From assembly GCA_051362555.1 (NCBI GenBank), contig CM120649.1:6200001-6264000 (forward strand): a stretch of 64,000 nt of DNA. Direction: 5' to 3'. Positions 1 through 11,590 of this stretch are shown piece by piece. Each line of letters opens with the position of its first letter. Position 1 is the first letter of the stretch. The stretch comes from Lingula anatina (Eukaryota > Animalia > Brachiopoda). The notes under the pieces are model-generated. The model was given only the letters and a program-made list of their open reading frames with translations, did not search any database and had not been told where the DNA came from. Position numbers and translations under genes: made by a program.

Positions 1-680
1 CATATATAGTAGGACTAGTGGATCTGGCTGAAAGTACATTTAGAGAACATTTCCTGGGCCTTTCTTGGATTATCAAAACAAAAAATCAAAGTTCCTTGGA
101 TTATCAAAAAACTTTCAAAAGACAAGCGCAACCTGCACAAAAATGTTATAATGGAATAAATTATAAAAGTTTATACCATGTGTTGTTCTGTTTTATCAAT
201 ATATTATTAAAGCGCCGCAATAAATATAACAGTAAAATACCTAACAAAAGAAGGAAAAATATAGTCTTTTCTTAAATAAAAAGGTTTGAAAAGGCTATCT
301 TTTGTATCTGGAAAGTTGCACAAAAGGCATCCGAAAGTTGGACTTTTTGGCAGGAAAAGGTAGAGAAAAGTGGGTCATTAATATACCTTTTAGCATACAA
401 AAAGCTGATGAATGATGAACTTGAGAATACCTTTTCTTCAAGCAAAAGATCGTCTTTTTGCAGCAAAAGGTGTATGAAAGTTCAACTTTTGTGTAGAGAA
501 AAGGTGAAGAAAAGTGGGCCATTTGTAAACCTTTTTCACTTATACAAAAGTCATTCAAAAGATCGTCTTTTACACCTTTCCTAAAAAAACGAAAGGTCTT
601 GGAAAGATGTGAGAAGATGAATAAAAGAAGGCCTTTTGATCACCTTTCACGATATATAAAAGCTGATTTTTCATGCAGTG
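1..680. mobile_element. Right part of a non-autonomous CACTG-ended (CMC/EnSpm-like) DNA transposon interrupting sulfotransferase paralog 1
   Basis: Ends ...GCTGATTTTTCATGCAGTG at 680 (reverse complement CACTGCATGAAAAATCAGC). Interior is full of AAAAG/CTTTT subterminal repeats, e.g. AAAAGATCGTCTTTT at ~444 and ~557. Similarity to the sulfotransferase paralogs starts right after 680. The left end is not seen. Confidence 0.6.
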
Positions 681-1417
681 TATCGAATGAAGATTTGGAA
701 AGATTTATACAGAGCATGATAAGAATCACGTGTAAGCCGCTGAAATCAAACCCTCAGTTAATCTGCATTAAGACGAAGTCCATGGATTTCAACCACGCAG
801 ACATAGACGCCCGTCTGTTTCCCGACATGAAACATCTGTTCCTCTACCGAAATGGCAAAGAAACCATACAGTCGTTTTATCACGCCTTTGGGTTTTTGCC
901 CAGAGTCAAACTTTTCCATGGGATGCAGACTACTCGCCTTGCCCATCGACTTTTACCAAACTTAGCCAAATTCCTTTGGAGCATGCTTATGGTGCCTAAT
1001 CTTCCTTGGCTTCAAGACCCAGAACTTATGATTAAGACTTCCATGGTTGGCATGATGGCGGGTCATTGGTCAGTGCTTTGTCACAATTATATCCGCTTTA
1101 AGGAAGCAGGTATGGACATCAAGGCTTTTAAGTATGAGGATCTTCTTGAGAACCCACAGCATGCCTGTGAGAAGTTGCTAGAATACTGTGGCTTACCCAT
1201 GGAATACACTGAGGAGGCCTGTAACGCCCTGAAACACGATTCCCAACGAGGCATGCTACGATCAAGGAAAGACACGAAAGATAAAGACAGCAAGTACCTT
1301 ATCAAGTGGAACAATCCTGATGTGTTAGCAGAGGTTAATTTCTTTTGTGATCAGGTAGGAATTACACGTATAGGAAAACCTACACTTTTGCCAGATACCA
1401 TTTCTTCCCTGTCTTAA
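681..1417 (+). pseudogene. C-terminal half of sulfotransferase-like paralog 1, interrupted by a transposon (5' half presumably upstream of the window)
   Basis: From SNEDLERFIQSMIRITCKPLKSNP onward it aligns closely with residues ~193-435 of the 3301-4635 protein (HLFLYRNGKETIQS, KYEDLLENP, LKHDSQRG). The first ~27 aa of ORF 599-1417 are transposon-derived. Confidence 0.7.
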
Positions 1418-2390
1418 GAATTCTGGAATCGCACTTAATATTAGGAGGACATTATAATTTATCCTCAGAGAAAGAAATATACAATGAGACATAAATTCAT
1501 GGCAATATTATTCAAAGATGTTAGTATGTTTTTGTTGATAAAACGAGTGAGAGAATGCAAGGAAAATCAGAGAAATTTGAAAGAATCTTGAACCTTGAGG
1601 AATGATGTTTATGTGGCAGTCTCGCTATAGGGTTTTAATATGTTGAACGGGGCGATTTAACCTGTGACACGCAAATCAGTTGGAAGTGGTTTGAAGGTCA
1701 CAATAACATACTGTGTACATGTTATATCAAATAAACTCATTTTAACATGATTAATCGATTTGGATTGTTTCTTCTTATCATTCTTACTCTTTATATTCAT
1801 GTAATTGTTAAATGCACGTGTTAATAAACAGGTTGTTTTGTCGTTATCTTTGTGTGTTTGCCTTTGTTGGAAATTATAACTGAGTTTGCCTTTCCATGCA
1901 TTGTAGATTACCAGACTTTATATAGTTTCTCAAGTAAACCCGCATTCAAAAGTAGCTTTACTTAATGGGAACATTGCGTTTTGCGACAGATAATCACCAC
2001 ACGAGAACATTGAGCAAGTGTGTTGTCACGATGAAGCTTGTTGTCACCTCTTGCAAATGAAATGATTCATATGTAAAGAATGTTACGGTTATGGACCCGT
2101 TAATGTTGTGTTCCAAAACCTTGGGCATAAGGTAAGGAGGAAAAAACCTTCCTTTACCTCAAACATTAACCCTAATGAGCATCTGTAGGATGATTTAGAG
2201 AGTGCGATGCACTGAAGAATGAAACCCCTACCAATATAAAACAACTCCACCAAGTTTTTCAGGAAGATTGAGACAATGTACGACGCTCGTGAAAAAAAGC
2301 ACGTGGTTTTTCAAGAGCGCATTCTGATGTTAACTGTGTAATAGTTTCTTGACATTCGGTGGCGTTATTATGATTATAATAATAATAATA

Positions 2391-2426
<36 letters not shown>

Positions 2427-3300
2427 ATTATTATTATACTTCTATGGAAATCACAGTGGAAAATCATATTTCAGGGACTACATTTCTTAATTTGAATAAA
2501 TGGTACATGTATAAAATGTGGCTATCCTCGCCGGTATTTGGGGTTTTCTTCGGCCTAAGCCATGTTAAACATGGTATAAAGGATAAAAATGCAATTTTAA
2601 ACGGTTTGCAGCCGCCATGATCTTTTGTTAACTATTGCATATAGGACTGAAGGTGGGTCAACCTTTATCTGTCGAAGATAAGTGTACAAGTAAATTATGC
2701 AGACTCATTGGCGTACGTTGTATTCTATATTACAGTGTCCAACTGGGTCGCAAATACATTTATTCTGAATAAAAGACGCATTAAAAATTTTGGTGGCCTC
2801 TACTTCACCCTTCGTATGTCAGCTGCTACGCGACTAAAAGTTTAAGAATATGGGCAATGTTTCATGTGAAATGGTCATTTGTGTGTAATTTACATGCAGC
2901 AGAGTAACAAACTGTGCACATATTTCGTTAATACTGCACGATTAACTTGGTCGCTGCTTATAATTGGGGTCGATACACGACAGAAAAAGGATCCAGATTA
3001 TATACATACGTGAATCACCTATACACAGCTACAGTTCAGCGGACAGTCACCCTGAAAAAAAAGCTTTCTATAACAGTAGGTATGGCGTTTTTTCTTTTTT
3101 AATAAGTTCCCCAAGTACTGAAATTTTACGGCAAAAAAATATTCCCTTATAAAATGTCATTTTTTAAGACATTTTGTACTTTTGAATTATGCAAACTTCC
3201 ATCTTTTTAAATTCAAAGGAAAATTAACTTACTTAGACGTCTTTCTGGGTTTTCAATGCAAATCGAAATTTATTTTACATAATGTATATTACAGATAAAA

Positions 3301-4635
3301 ATGAAACTTTTCATTTGGATTGGATTCTGCATCTGCCGCTTCATTTTTGTCAATGTCCAACGACTGTGGTGGAGGATCACTGGCACCGCTTACACACTTC
3401 GCCAAATACGAGATGGTCAGTTGTACGAAAAATCAGCCCAGGTCAGTAATATCGTCTGGAAGTGTAAATGGGATGTGTTGGCGACGGGGCCTAATAATTT
3501 CATCGCCACTCACAGTTACTTTGACCACCCGCGTTGCATACTCATGCAAGATGTCACTTTGATATGCCTGGATGAGAGAGAGGCTTATTTCACCCAGACC
3601 CCTTCTTCGGTGAACATATTTAGTTCGAACGTGAGCCCCTTTCTGTTCTGTGCACAATTCAAACATGCCATTCGTTTAATTGTCATGCCGATCACATCAT
3701 TTCACAGAATCGCAGATGAAATTGGTGATCCTAAAACCCAAGTCCTTCTTCTGTCAAACACTGGGCGTTGTGGATCAACGGCAGTCACACAAGTCTTGGA
3801 ATCAGTCCCGGGGGTTGTGTCCATGAGCGAGCCCGACGGTTTCACAAACATAGCAACAGCATTGAAACATTTACCAAGTCAACTTGTCGATAGGTTTATG
3901 CAGAGCGTTGTCCGAGTCACGTGTAAGCCGCTGAAATCAAACCCAAGATTAATTTGCATCAAAACAAAATCAATGGATTTTATCCACGCAGACAGAGTAG
4001 CACGTCTCTTTCCAGATACAAAGCATTTATTTCTGTATCGGAACGGCAAAGAAACTATCCAGTCGTTTTACCATGCGATTGCCTTTTTGCCCAAAATTTT
4101 ATTTTATAATGCATTGCAGAATAGTCGCCTTGCTCATCGTTGTTTTCCAAAGCAAGCTAGATATTTATGGAACAGGATGATTCTTGATCTGCCTTGGCTT
4201 CAAGACCCAGAACTAATGATTAAGACTTCCATGGTTGGTATGATGGCGTGCCATTGGGCAATGCTATGTCACACGTATATCCGCTTTAAAGAGGCAGGTA
4301 TGGATATCAAGGCCTTTAAATACGAGGATATTATTGAAAACCCACGACATGCCTGTCAGAGGTTGCTGGAATACTGCGGCTTACCGCTGGAATACACTGA
4401 GGTTGCTTGCAATGCTCTGAAACACGATTCCCAGCGAGGCATGCTTCGATCTAGGAAAAGCATGAAGGGCGGCTGCATGGACAGCAAATATCTAATAAAA
4501 TGGATCCCTGAGTTGTTAGCAGAATCAAACTTCTTTTGCGATGGCTTCGGAGTCAATCGAATTGATGTACCAATTTTTTTGCCGGATACAATTTCTTCAC
4601 AAAATATGAATGACAGTCCAGCTGCATGTTTATAA
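3301..4635 (+). CDS. Sulfotransferase-fold protein, 444 aa, single coding exon, hydrophobic N-terminus (paralog 2)
   Basis: 5'-PSB-like loop LSNTGRCGSTAVTQ, 3'-PB-like FLYRNGKETIQS and KYEDI motif. 5'UTR intron: donor AG|GTATGG at ~3079 and acceptor TTACAG at 3294, just before the ATG. Confidence 0.85.
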   Translation: MKLFIWIGFCICRFIFVNVQRLWWRITGTAYTLRQIRDGQLYEKSAQVSNIVWKCKWDVLATGPNNFIATHSYFDHPRCILMQDVTLICLDEREAYFTQTPSSVNIFSSNVSPFLFCAQFKHAIRLIVMPITSFHRIADEIGDPKTQVLLLSNTGRCGSTAVTQVLESVPGVVSMSEPDGFTNIATALKHLPSQLVDRFMQSVVRVTCKPLKSNPRLICIKTKSMDFIHADRVARLFPDTKHLFLYRNGKETIQSFYHAIAFLPKILFYNALQNSRLAHRCFPKQARYLWNRMILDLPWLQDPELMIKTSMVGMMACHWAMLCHTYIRFKEAGMDIKAFKYEDIIENPRHACQRLLEYCGLPLEYTEVACNALKHDSQRGMLRSRKSMKGGCMDSKYLIKWIPELLAESNFFCDGFGVNRIDVPIFLPDTISSQNMNDSPAACL

Positions 4636-5841
4636 ACAACCTCATTTATACCTGTATAGTTCTGTATAATCTAAATTTGTCATTGGTGATGTAACCCACG
4701 GTATTTAAAATATGACCAACTTGATTATTCTCTGTTTTAAATTGATATTACCTTTAAATGCATTGCCACTTTCATATATCAATTTAGCAGATTTCAATTT
4801 TAAAATTTTACTGCCACATTGAATTTGCATCAATCAACATGCCTTCAAACTTTTTTAATCATGAGGTGTATAAAGATGAAATGGTTGCGAACTCGGACAC
4901 ATATATTACTTTCGTTGCATTATTTTTTATGAGATTCGTGTATGTGAGTCGCGAAAACCATTTAAGAAAAAGATGAATAACTATGATGATAATAATAACG
5001 ATGTAAATAAATGACATCATAAGCTAATTAGATACATAAACGCTAAGTATATAGCACTAGTCAGTATGATAAATACTGTAAATGTGAAATTAAGAAAAAT
5101 TGACTTACTCGATTGAAGCAACACTCCGAGATAATAGCAATGTTCACAATGATAATGGGCAAAGTTAAATAATGGCGTTTGCCCCTCAAAACCCCAGCCC
5201 TGCGACAACTAAACGAACGTTCCTAAATTCATTCACCAAAACGTTCTGCCCAAACCTTAATCATATGTTACTCTGTGATCCGTAACTACAAAAATTAGTG
5301 TAATAAAATGGATACCATTAATACATTTTCAATAATATATCTTCACTTTATATGTTATTGCCGCATGGGTCGGCAACAGTGGTGATGTTATATATTAATG
5401 CATTCCATGATACGTTGTTATTGGAAGAGCAGACTTGTTCATAATAGCATATACGAAACTAAAGGCAATTGCGCATAAGTAATTTCCGAATCATGTTTTA
5501 TTCACATATTTTAATGAGATATATGTCATATGAATGTAGGATAAAAATATGGGCCAATAGAATAGATACAGAAGACTGTGTGGTTTGAACAACTATACTA
5601 TGTTGATTCTAAGTCTAAACTCCATGTGTTCAGTAGACTTTACAACCATGTGCATTACATATATAACAAATGGTTAGGCACCTGGTCATTACAATCTGTG
5701 TTAGCGCTCTCGCCTCCCTGGGGAGGCTACAGCCCCGCTGCCGTATGAGGCGCTAAATACAAAGCAGGAAAAAATGCGGCCACACCACAATACCAATGCG
5801 ATTGAAAGTCTCGTGTTAGATAGTCACTACGTGCATCCATA

Positions 5842-8800
5842 TTAAAAAGACATATCCTTCCTGGGCTTGTTTAAGAGCCGTATCATGTTATATGGATATG
5901 GTACATCTGGCATTGACAGTCTGTTTAATTCTTGCATCTGGAAAACGCGATAAATCATGTTGATTTTGTGTATCTTTTATATCACATTATTATGTAACAC
6001 AATTGCTTTAAACTAACTTGTAGATATGTAAGGCCTGTATCTCCAAGTTATTCACAGTAAAACATTATGTTTAATGATCTACTTACTACACGAATTTATT
6101 ATTCTATACCAGTTTTTCTCTCTCCTCACACACACACAGACGCCCATTTTACAAACAAATACCTAGAAAATATACTCAGAGCGCATGCCTGCGCCAATGA
6201 AGCTCATTCCTTAGAATTAGTTGTTTAATAACCAAATTTAAACCAAATTACCAAAATCCAATCGATTCTAAGTCAGCCATTCACGAAAATTGTATCAAAC
6301 CCCGTGAATTTCTTCCGAGTTTTGACCGTTTACTAATAAACCAACAAGGACAAAACAAAACCTCCTTGGCTGAGACAATAATAATAATTAATCAAAGTTA
6401 AAGATGAAAAACGCTCTCCTACCTGCTCTTCCGTCAGTTCCCATCCGCTAGATGCCCCTACATTGTCTTCCAGCTGTGACATCTTTGTAGCTCCTATAAC
6501 CACAGAGGACACGGTGGGTCTCTGAAGCAACCAGCGGATAGCTACCTGAGCCACGGTTTTGCCTGAGTTTTGAAAATAAGATAAATGTGATAAGCGCTTT
6601 GTGACTGGACATTTGATGTCTGAGTCAAACTCTCCCTGTGTACCGGTAAGTGCAAGTTTAATTATGACCAAGAAAATTTATCACAAGATGAGCATATATA
6701 CATAGCAATCTTAGTCTGGGACTTATTTAGATTTTGTTTCCTTCTAGTAATTCACATGTGTATGAGAGTGCATGTGATATTGTAAAACTAAACATTTGCC
6801 TATTTTCACAAATATGCATTCATTACCATGTCCCTTTCCTATTTCTTCCATGGCTTCCAGAAGGTTCCAGGTCTTGTCATTGTTGAAGTGGTTCCAAGTT
6901 GGCTGGTCATGCCTGTGTCGTAGCTCGGGTTGTTCACTTGCCCACCCAATTCTGGTCGCCCGTACATCCCCTGGCCCGTCCATCCCGCGCTTGAATTTGC
7001 CACTTAGAAGGCCACTGAAACGATCGATTGACATTGCTATGTGGTCCATAATAAAGATGAAAACATTTTCATTATTTAATAAGTCTGAACAAAATTACTT
7101 TGAGGTTAACAGTCCGAATACAATGATAGGAAGAGAAGTTATTGTAATATATATACCGGGGTGTCAGGATATGTAGTCCGCTAAGACTGTGCATTAGGCA
7201 GTCCGTCCCCCATACTTTGTACAGGTGACATTCGGCCCATATACTAACCCCGATACTCTTATTAACCCTAACCTGTACTTATCATATGGGACCCTGGACT
7301 TCTTGGGACACCGGTATTGAACAGAATGAGAGAAACAAGTGCTTAATTTTATTGACATGCTTGTTGACATTCACAGTTGAAAGGGAGAACCTAGACGTAC
7401 TGTACCTGTACGTGAGCGGATTTTTCCAAATCACATAAACCCCCAAGGCGCCCGGATAGCTCAGTCGGTAGAGCATCAGACTTTTATGGATACTCATGTC
7501 ATCTGAGGGTCCAGGGTTCGAGTCCCTGTTCGGGCGCGATTCTTATTTTCCTTTTGTATATGAGTCAGCATTGAATAACCGGGAAGGGTAATCCGCTAAG
7601 AACCTTACAGTCCGTTCCCCATTGTTTTAATTTGTTCAGGTGACATTCGTCTCATATACTAACCCCAATACATCAACTAACCCTAGCTTGTACTAATCAT
7701 ATGGGACCCTGGACTTCCATTCCTGTGACTATCATCCCCTTCACACGGGGACATGCAAGTACAGTGTGCTGCGCTTGGTCTACAACTACTGGCACCATGA
7801 ATTATAAACCGTTGTCAATCCTATCAACTGCAAAATGGCATGGTTGACTGTTATATGGCGGTTTTAGCAGAAAATTAACCTCAAGGCGGTGATCTATGTA
7901 TGTCGACACCCTTTAACTTCTATGCTTGAAAAGAGGAGACAACATTTCGTTCATGACTCACCCCTTCAGCGGACTCCATGGTAAAAACCCGATCCCTTCA
8001 TTCATACACACGTCAAACAGTTCGTATTCTGTTTCTCGGGTCATCAAGTTGTACTGTTGCTGGAGATGTGAAGAATTGTTAAGTGTGACAAATAAGGTAT
8101 ACTGCTTCTACAAACACAACATGTAAGACAATAATTTGTTTATGTAGTTTTTTTTAGTGCCAAGTTTCTAACGTTTGAGCCACTAGCGTAATACACATGA
8201 CGGCTGGTGAATCTCATTCATAAGGGCAAAATTAGAAACAAAAAATATCGAAAAAAGTCTTTAGATCCTATTTGTATCAACGGCTTCGTATTGGGAATGC
8301 CTTGATGATATAAGTTAATTTATGAAATTTTCAGGATTGATATTGTTCTTTCTTTGTTTATTTATGCATAATAATTATTATCATTATTATTATTATTATA
8401 TGGTATACCATGTTTTATAGCCATAATGGCAATATAAAACTGACATATAAAACATTAATTTATGTATGCATTTCAAATCCTAACAAACCTGTAGGCTAAT
8501 GACACTTTCCAGACCCATGAATCTAGTGTGGTCCACAATCTTCTGTAACTGCCATCCTGTCACGTTACTCACGCCAATATGGCGGACCTTTCCGGCACGC
8601 ACAAGATCATTGAGGGTACGAAGGGTTTGCTCGACTGAAGTAGCGCTATCCCACATGTGGGTCTATAAAGAAACCACTCACCATCATTTAATATAGAAAT
8701 CTGATTTTGATGTAAAGTATAAAAATGAAATCTGGGTCTTAAAACGTGTGTACCAGTACCCCTTGTACAGCAGTACAAATTAATCAGTACAACTAACGCC

Positions 8801-10661
8801 AATATGAAACCATACACAGTGAGTACTTGTTGAACTTTCAAACTTAGACTTTGTTAAAACCACTCGGTTTATTTGGGATAATAAATATATAGAAATTAGC
8901 ACTGTTGCATTGATCCACGCGAGTGACAGGTGTGAACAGAAACAATGGTCAGAAAACTGCACCGTTCCATTTGATTGTCGCTGCATGTCTGGCCAGGGCA
9001 ATTAAACTAATTAAAAACAACAACACTTACAATCGATGAGAACTAAATAATCTTATCTATTGTGACACCAACTATAGCCAGGTGCTAAAAGTTTGCAGTG
9101 GTTCATGTACAATAGTACTGTGTGGATGGGATAAAAGATAAAAAGATAAACACCAAATAACAGAGAAGACCAGGCCCCTCGTATCTCGAAAGCATCGCGC
9201 ATTGCAACCGTGCGCAAGAGCCTCGATTCCATAACTCGCCCATACTCGTCCCATATAATACATTGTAGCCTGTATTTGATATAGTTATTCGCAATACGCG
9301 ATGCTTTCGAGATACGGGGCCCTGAATAAAAATTCTATACCTGATACAGGTCGATGTAATCAGTTTGCAGTCTCTTTAGACTCTGTTCCACCGCATGCAT
9401 AATGTGTTTCCTACCCAGACCCACGCCATTAAGGTTATCGAGATACACGTGTGCAAATACTTTTGTGGCAACCACAAATTTCTCCCGATCCTGCCTGAAA
9501 ACAAGTTGATGAAACCATTTTTATATAATACAAAGCTAGATAAACCCTTACATATCTTTCAGAACTGATAGTGGTGCGATTATGTAATATTTTTCTTTTT
9601 ACCTAAAACATATGACATCATATCTATATATGAAGATGCATTATTCAGGCCTTTGGCAAAAAAGTCAAACTTATTTTCCAACTCATTTTCAGAGTGCATT
9701 TTATGCAAACATTCTTGCTTAAAAACAAAAGTTATCATTACTTCTGAAGCCACGTTCCCACTATCTCCTCCGACTCTCCTCTTTGGTAGATGTCGGCTGT
9801 GTCCAGAAAGTTTCCTCCTAACTCAGCAAACCTGTCCATCATAGCGTGTGCTGCTGCTTCATCCAGGTTGCCAGGCCGGCCTCCCTGTTGATTTACGTAA
9901 TATGAATAAAAAAAAGCATGACTTGATTATTTTAGTCAAAAACATATACTTAGAGAGCATTCACAATGAATGTCATTGAGAATGTCATTGAGAGCCCATT
10001 AAAAGATTACGCGGCCTTCTTTTCATGTAGGTCCGCCATACTTAGGTCTCGGCCTTGCTAGACCTCGGCTCTTATCAATGTGAATGCTCTCTTAAGGACA
10101 AGAAATAATAAAAATATAAAGTAAATTGCTACGTTCCGGTAGAAATAATAGGTTATAGTCAAAAAGATTTAGAAATATGGATGCATTTTTTTCGGGGGGG
10201 GAGGGAGGGTTATCTTATAGTTATCTGAAAATATAAATCATATCAAACAAATTATCAAAGATATCTGTAATACAGCATACTACACAGTAGCATTCTCAAT
10301 TATGACGTGCATTGTAGTGCTACAGGTAACTCTAAATTATTCAAATGATTTGATATGGCATACATGTAGATGGTTTGCTGGTATAAACGAGTGGGTATTT
10401 ACAGCTATCGCATGGAACAGAGATTATGCTTTAAAGTCCACATTCGAGTCTTCAGTAACCGTCTCACATCATGTAATAATCAAGGTTACGTGGAATAAAC
10501 GTGTAAGTTGAACAGCAGATACTTCAAACAGTACCTCAGCATTAACAAACAACAGGAATACTCACCTTATGCTCCCCGAATGTCATTGTGCCCATGCAAA
10601 TGTTCGACACCTTCAGTCCTGAGCTGCCTAGAAAGTTGTAGCCCATCGACGACCCATCCAT
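5842..10661 (-). CDS. Aldo-keto reductase (YajO/aryl-alcohol dehydrogenase-like), 8 exons, 362 aa
   Basis: Exons 10661-10566, 9884-9742, 9494-9341, 8662-8489, 8059-7962, 7014-6827, 6562-6423, 5937-5842. All introns are GT-AG with compatible phases (1089 nt). Motifs: [99 protein letters not shown]. The D/Y/K/H catalytic tetrad is present. Confidence 0.93.
6163..6375 (-). mobile_element. Degenerate copy of the Helentron/HINE-like element seen at 30790-31365 (AKR intron 7)
   Basis: CTAGAAAA...CTCAGAGCGCA.GCCTGCGCCAA at the left end and AAAACCTCCTTGGCTGAG at the right end match the ends of the 30.8-31.4 kb element. Confidence 0.5.
7153..7317. mobile_element. MITE (ACCGG..TGTC / GACACCGGT ends, TA flanks) with internal TAACCCTAAC-like motifs; a second degenerate copy lies at ~7578-7717
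   Basis: Imperfect terminal inverted repeat. About 125 bp is shared with 7592-7717 (TCCGCTAAGA...CAGGTGACATTCG...ATCATATGGGACCCTGGACTTC). Confidence 0.6.
7450..7536 (+). tRNA. tRNA-Lys (anticodon UUU) with a 14-nt intron at canonical position 37/38
   Basis: GCCCGGATAGCTCAGTCGGTAGAGCATCAGACTTTTA [TGGATACTCATGTC, 7487-7500] ATCTGAGGGTCCAGGGTTCGAGTCCCTGTTCGGGCG. The exons join into a 73-nt cloverleaf essentially identical to metazoan tRNA-Lys-TTT. A and B boxes are intact and T4 runs lie ~10-20 nt downstream. Confidence 0.95.
9171..9324. mobile_element. Harbinger-like MITE in AKR intron 3
   Basis: ~35-bp inverted repeats: CAGGCCCCTCGTATCTCGAAAGCATCGCGCATTGC and GCAATACGCGATGCTTTCGAGATACGGGGCCCTG. 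Confidence 0.7.
9953..10091. mobile_element. PIF/Harbinger-type MITE in AKR intron 1
   Basis: TIRs GAGAGCATTCACAATGA / TCAATGTGAATGCTCTC with a TTA duplication on both sides. Confidence 0.7.
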
Positions 10662-11410
10662 TTTGTCACTGTCGACTGATGTTAACCACAGACAACGAGA
10701 TGCAGGAACTGGGTCACAGCGTTCAAGTTTACTGTGCCACGTGTTGTCTATGTATATTCATTATTTATGTTAATAAATCTCATTGGTGCTGTCTTGCACG
10801 CGGTACTATCCGTTTAGCAAGATGTCACAGTTACCGGTAGCAACAGGTTTAACTCATCTGGGAATAAAGAGGAACAATGTTCCTTCAGGAGATGTGATCT
10901 CTAGAACGACCTCTAGTGTGAGTATCAATTGTATTTCTACCTTTGAATGGGTGACATTCGAGATCATCCTGCTTTTGATTTAAATGATTAGAGAATTTGT
11001 AGAAAAATTAAACTTAGGTCCAGCGGTGAGGGTACAGTAATGGCACATTCCCCTTACTGTGACTCCGTACTTCACGCGGCAGAGAGCATATACATTGTGG
11101 AAATGGTAACCGCATAATGGGTCGTTTTAAAGATTAATTGAGAAGTATATCAAATATCCGTATTGAGCAGGGCCCGCATCCTACGCATACGAAATATATT
11201 TTGGATTTGCAAAAACCATGCCATGCTGGACCTTACTGGACAACAATTTTAAGAGATTGCCTCAGCCAGAATCCATGCATTGCTATATTCTGGTTTGGAC
11301 TGGTTGCAGAAATAAAGTCCAAACGTTTTCTTATGGCCATTTGTAATGCATATATAATCCACTGTGTGTGGATTCAACCAACTGCAAAGAAACGCAGTAT
11401 AAGAAGAATG

Positions 11411-11590
11411 TTAAAAGGATAATAACTCTTCCTATGAAATCTTTATTTCACAATAAAAACATTGTGAATAACTCATAGAAATAAAATATATTCTGTTTTA
11501 CCACAAAAACGGCAGTTATAGCTATTTTTCTGATATCTGAGCTTATCTTTAGACCACGCGACCTCCATTGATGGCTATACTCTGGCTATT
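11411..11590. repeat. Copy of a dispersed TTAA-flanked (Kolobok-like) non-autonomous family; other pieces at ~15409-15760, ~30230-30464 and ~43678-44030 (inverted)
   Basis: Shared core ...CCACAAAAACGGCAGTTAT...GACCACGYGACCTYCAT.GATGGCTATACTCT. Ends TTAA|A(A/G)GGATAATAAC at 11411 and 43678, and AATTATTCCT|TTAA at 30451-30464. Confidence 0.65.

Noticed and set aside
5695-5765. GC-rich hairpin-like segment downstream of the AKR stop codon (CTCCCTGGGGAGGCTACAGCC) as a SECIS or other RNA element
   Set aside because: The AKR has no in-frame TGA and no SECIS core is visible. It more likely derives from a SINE fragment.
7240-7290. TAACCCTAAC as a telomerase RNA template (tempting given TCAB1 nearby)
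   Set aside because: The motif lies inside a MITE present in two copies. No pseudoknot or H/ACA domain was recognised.
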